Assembly: GCA_951406725.2 (NCBI GenBank)
Contig: OX597816.1
Coordinates: 90,520,001 to 90,584,000, forward strand
Reading direction: 5' to 3'
Source of the DNA: Octopus vulgaris
Taxonomy: Eukaryota
Length of the DNA: 64,000 nucleotides
Below the pieces are notes generated by a model. It saw nothing but the letters and a program-made list of their open reading frames with translations. It was not told the DNA's origin and made no database searches. Position 1 is the stretch's first letter, and each line of letters starts with the position of its first letter. The position numbers were made by a program, and so were the translations under genes. This document shows positions 61,884-64,000 of this stretch, piece by piece.

Positions 61884-62332
61884 TTTTATGCTGGACCACC
61901 GCCTTACAGAATTTTAGTCGAGGAAATCGACCCCAGGACTTATTCTTTGTAAGTCTAGTACTTCTATCGGCCTTTTTTGCCGAACCACTAAGTTACGGGG
62001 ACATAAGCACAACTGCTTCGGTTGTCAAGCGATGGTGGGACAACAAACACGGTCACCCTCCCCCCCCCACACACACGCATATCCGACGGGCTTCTTTCAG
62101 TCTCCGTCTACCAGATCCACTCACAAGGCTTTGATGGGCCTGAGGCTATAGTAGAAGTCACTTGCCCAAGGTTTCCCGCAATAGGACTAAATCTGGAACC
62201 ATGTAGTTGGGAAACAAACTTTTTACTACACAGACATATTTCAATCTACAGAGAAACAGATACATTTTCCCTGTTTATATCTACTACTACTACAACAACT
62301 ACTACTACTACAACTACTACAATATATATCTA

Positions 62333-62380
<48 letters not shown>

Positions 62381-62419
62381 CACACACACGCACACAATTC
62401 GATGATGAATTCTCACATC

Positions 62420-63560
62420 AATTCCCATGATAATGAGTTTTCATATCACGTGACTCGCACTTGTGGATAGGCATCTCTTCCCTAATAGCAGTGAGCAGAT
62501 GTAGTGTGGGGACCAAGGAGGCTGGAGGTCTCCACTTTCACAGGCTCGACCACAAATCTGTCAAAGAGCCGTCTATACTTTAATATTTTTCCTTCTCGAC
62601 TAGAGCAGCGAAGCTTGGACTGGTAGCCAAATACACCAGCATGTGACATCCTATTTCTTTATTACCCACAAGAGGCTAAACACAGAGAGGACAAACAAGG
62701 ACAGACATAGGTATTAAGTCGATTACATCGACCCCAGTGCGTAACTGGTACTTAATTTATCGACCCCGAAAGGATGAAAGGCAAAGCCGACCTCGGCGGA
62801 ATTTGAACTCACAACGTAACGCAGACGAAATATCGCTAAGCATTTCGCCCGGCGTGCTAACGTTTCTGCCAGCTCGCCGCCTGTGACATCCGTTATGAGG
62901 GGCCTTTCATCGTCGAACGGGAAAATTATCATGCTGCCTGGCCTTATACAGTCTACGCTGTCCAGCCCCGCTGGCTTGAGCTGGTGTCTTGGCTATGTTT
63001 TATGATTTCTTTGAGAGTAATATGGCGTTGAATATGGCATGCACTATAATGGCATGACAATGGGTGGAAAGAATCTACAATGGATCCTCAGCTGTATTTG
63101 TGAGGCTCACAGATCCCGAAGCCAAGCCTCTATCCAGATGATTGTCAGTCGAGAGTAATGGTACTGTATTGAGCCAGATACCGCTGTGGAGCTGGAAGGC
63201 CGAGCAGAAACATACCAGACGGTGCTGGCCAAGAAGGCGCACCAGCCCGTCTGAGATCATGCTGCATTGGATGGTGTCCCTTTTTTTTTGGTGGGGGTGG
63301 GACAGGACATCCACAAAAAAGGAGAGGGAGATAAACGTCCACGAGGGAGGACGAGGCTGGCTCCATGTCGCGTAGGTCATCTCGTTCTCCCCGATCACAA
63401 TAAGTTCAGTTGTGTTGTGGAGAATTATGTTGGTAGTACATGGCAAGAGGTCACCGACTTGAAAAATACCGGCAGGGCCAGCGAGACCGGAGACCGGAGG
63501 CCGAGTCCACCATATCTGACGGGTAAAGTGGTCTGTTGCCACCCACTGTCGATAAAAACC
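62420..63560 (-). mobile_element. Degenerate CRE-clade retrotransposon C-terminal region
   Basis: HSGIWLNTVP...LD, RPGSMIIFPF...PLITDVT (PD..D nuclease-like) and EK.K..KY..L...F..EP..VET...LGP. Confidence 0.7.
62652..62881 (-). mobile_element. Same SINE family, with a 10-bp TSD, inserted into the CRE relic
   Basis: TSD TGTGACATCC at 62642-62651 and 62882-62891. Confidence 0.85.
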
Positions 63561-64000
63561 GGACATTGCATCTCAGTGGAGTTGGTAGACGGAAACTGAA
63601 ACTCTGTGTGTGTGTGTGTGTGTGTGTGAAAATGTGTGCGTGTGTATCTTTGTGTTTGTGTTGATCCCCACTACTGCTTGGTAACTGATGTTGGTTTCTT
63701 TTCGGCTCTGTAACTTAGCAGTTCGGCAAAAAGTGTCTGATAGAATAAGTACCAAATTGGGGTCGTTTGTTTGACTGGGTGTCGTTTGTTTGATTAAACC
63801 CTTCAAAATAGTACCCCAGCATGACCACAGTCTAATGACTGAAACAAGTAAAAGATAAAAGTGAATATTAAATAAGAATTTAAATAAATTAAATTTTAAC
63901 TAAAATCTTAAAGTTATGTAATAATAATAATAATAATCATAACAGTCCTTTCTACTATAGGCACAAGGCCTGAAATTTGTGGAGAGGGGGTTAGTCAATT

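Noticed and set aside
47600-64000. A second host gene upstream of HRI
   Set aside because: I found no chain of phase-compatible exons with recognisable protein motifs; small exons could have been missed.

Overview
AT-rich eukaryotic (animal) DNA dense in microsatellites, SINEs and RTE LINEs. The repeat content looks like an octopod cephalopod genome (inference; no database search was possible). The ORF track misses the main feature: one spliced gene on the minus strand. Twelve GT-AG coding exons from 46063 down to 65 join in phase into about 320 codons of an eIF2-alpha kinase with an HRI-type N-terminal domain (EIF2AK1/HRI), and the gene continues off the left edge. Its introns hold a young but defective Ty3/gypsy LTR retrotransposon (1466-6714) plus CRE, RTE, hAT, Tc1/mariner and Helitron-like relics, SINEs and nested MITEs. 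Upstream lie a decayed Naiad-type Penelope-like element with a candidate SECIS and hammerhead ribozyme, further hammerhead motifs and a second CRE relic. The most interesting signals are an HRI lacking the vertebrate heme-ligand histidines, a possible selenocysteine-recoding retroelement, a gypsy RT with its YxDD motif deleted in frame and a palindromic NRF1/ETS LTR cassette, a recurring AAGGG(A/G)AGTAAC-type motif at candidate first exons, and a CpG-decay boundary at the gene start. I found no clearly new biological system; the leading candidates are variants of known ones.
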